This document shows positions 35,128 to 35,588 of a DNA stretch of 35,588 nt, piece by piece. The stretch lies in the IMG/VR virus record IMGVR_UViG_3300048861_000118, positions 1-35,588 of that record; one strand, given 5' to 3'. The DNA comes from a virus (lineage: Duplodnaviria > Caudoviricetes). The first letter of the stretch is position 1; the number at the start of each line of letters is the position of its first letter. Position numbers and translations under genes: made by a program. The notes below the pieces were generated by a model. It did no database searches, was not told the DNA's origin, and saw nothing but the letters and a program-made list of their open reading frames with translations.

Positions 35128-35468
35128 CCGTGCCGATGGTCATGGACGCCACCACCGGCAAGGTGCTGGTCGGCGATGCGGCGGATGCGCAGATGGTCGG
35201 CACCATCCTGTCCACCCGCATCGGCACCCGCGTCGGCCGCCGCGAATTCGGCTCCGAGCTGCGCGAGCTGATGGACCAGCCGATGAATTCCGGCCTGCGG
35301 CAGCGGATGCTCGGCGCCACGGCGTTGGCACTGATGCGCTGGATGCCCGGCCTTGTGCTCGATCGCGTCCAGATCGTGCGGGACGGGGAGGGGAGCGCGT
35401 CCGTCATCCTCGACCGCCGCCGAGCCAACGGCACCGTCGCGCGCCTCGTCGCCCCCCTCAATCTCTGA
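35124..35468 (+). CDS. Baseplate wedge protein W (gp25-like)
   Basis: MDATTGK, ILSTRIGTRVGRREFGSEL.ELMDQP, ALMRW motifs. Confidence 0.9.
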   Translation: MTVPMVMDATTGKVLVGDAADAQMVGTILSTRIGTRVGRREFGSELRELMDQPMNSGLRQRMLGATALALMRWMPGLVLDRVQIVRDGEGSASVILDRRRANGTVARLVAPLNL

Positions 35469-35490
35469 CCACCCCCGCGAAGGATCTTCA

Positions 35491-35588
35491 GTGAACACGT
35501 TCCACGGCATCAAGGTCACCGAGCAGTCCGGCAGCGCGCCGGCGCTCCAGCCTATCTCCACGTCCGATATCGGCCTCGTCGTCACTTC
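35491..35588 (+). CDS. Tail sheath protein FI, 5' fragment
   Basis: FHGIKVTE...ISTSDIGLVVT matches P2 FI N-terminus; AAGGA RBS. Confidence 0.8.
   Translation, partial: MNTFHGIKVTEQSGSAPALQPISTSDIGLVVT

Larger units (their letters stand above)
1..35588. mobile_element. P2-like temperate phage carrying a plasmid replicon (candidate phage-plasmid), circularly permuted, nearly complete
   Basis: P2-like Q-P-O-N-M-L-X-lysis-R-S, J-I-H-G, V-W-FI and T-U-D genes plus Rep_3/ParA/iteron module; no host genes; window begins in T and ends in FI. Confidence 0.9.

Overview
The whole window is one GC-rich temperate myophage of the P2 (Peduoviridae-like) lineage, probably from an alphaproteobacterial host. 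Sphingomonadaceae is my inference from the GapR, LexA-box and Rep types. The window opens inside the tape-measure gene and ends inside the tail-sheath gene with no host genes, which fits a circularly permuted element missing only about 2-3 kb (sheath, tube, chaperone). Head, lysis, tail and baseplate genes, an Ogr activator, a cI/Cox-like switch and a P2-type cos site are recognisable. There is no P2-type integrase after gene D and no rolling-circle gpA. Instead a complete plasmid maintenance module lies between tail gene S and baseplate gene J: Rep_3 initiator, 22-bp iterons, DnaA box, ParA plus RHH adaptor with octamer centromere arrays, a tyrosine recombinase with a 12-6-12 palindromic site, and a RelE/HigB-HTH TA pair. 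This makes it a candidate P2-like phage-plasmid. The most unusual signals are a GapR(DUF2312)-FtsK-gamma fusion gene together with strongly polarised KOPS (GGGNAGGG) motifs that switch strand beside the plasmid origin, and two perfect alphaproteobacterial LexA boxes in front of small Cys-rich genes (candidate SOS antirepressors for a repressor lacking a peptidase domain). Also notable are three conserved late-promoter dyads that match a rearranged baseplate operon, and structured RNA leaders. All protein calls come from motif recognition and synteny by eye; no database search was run.
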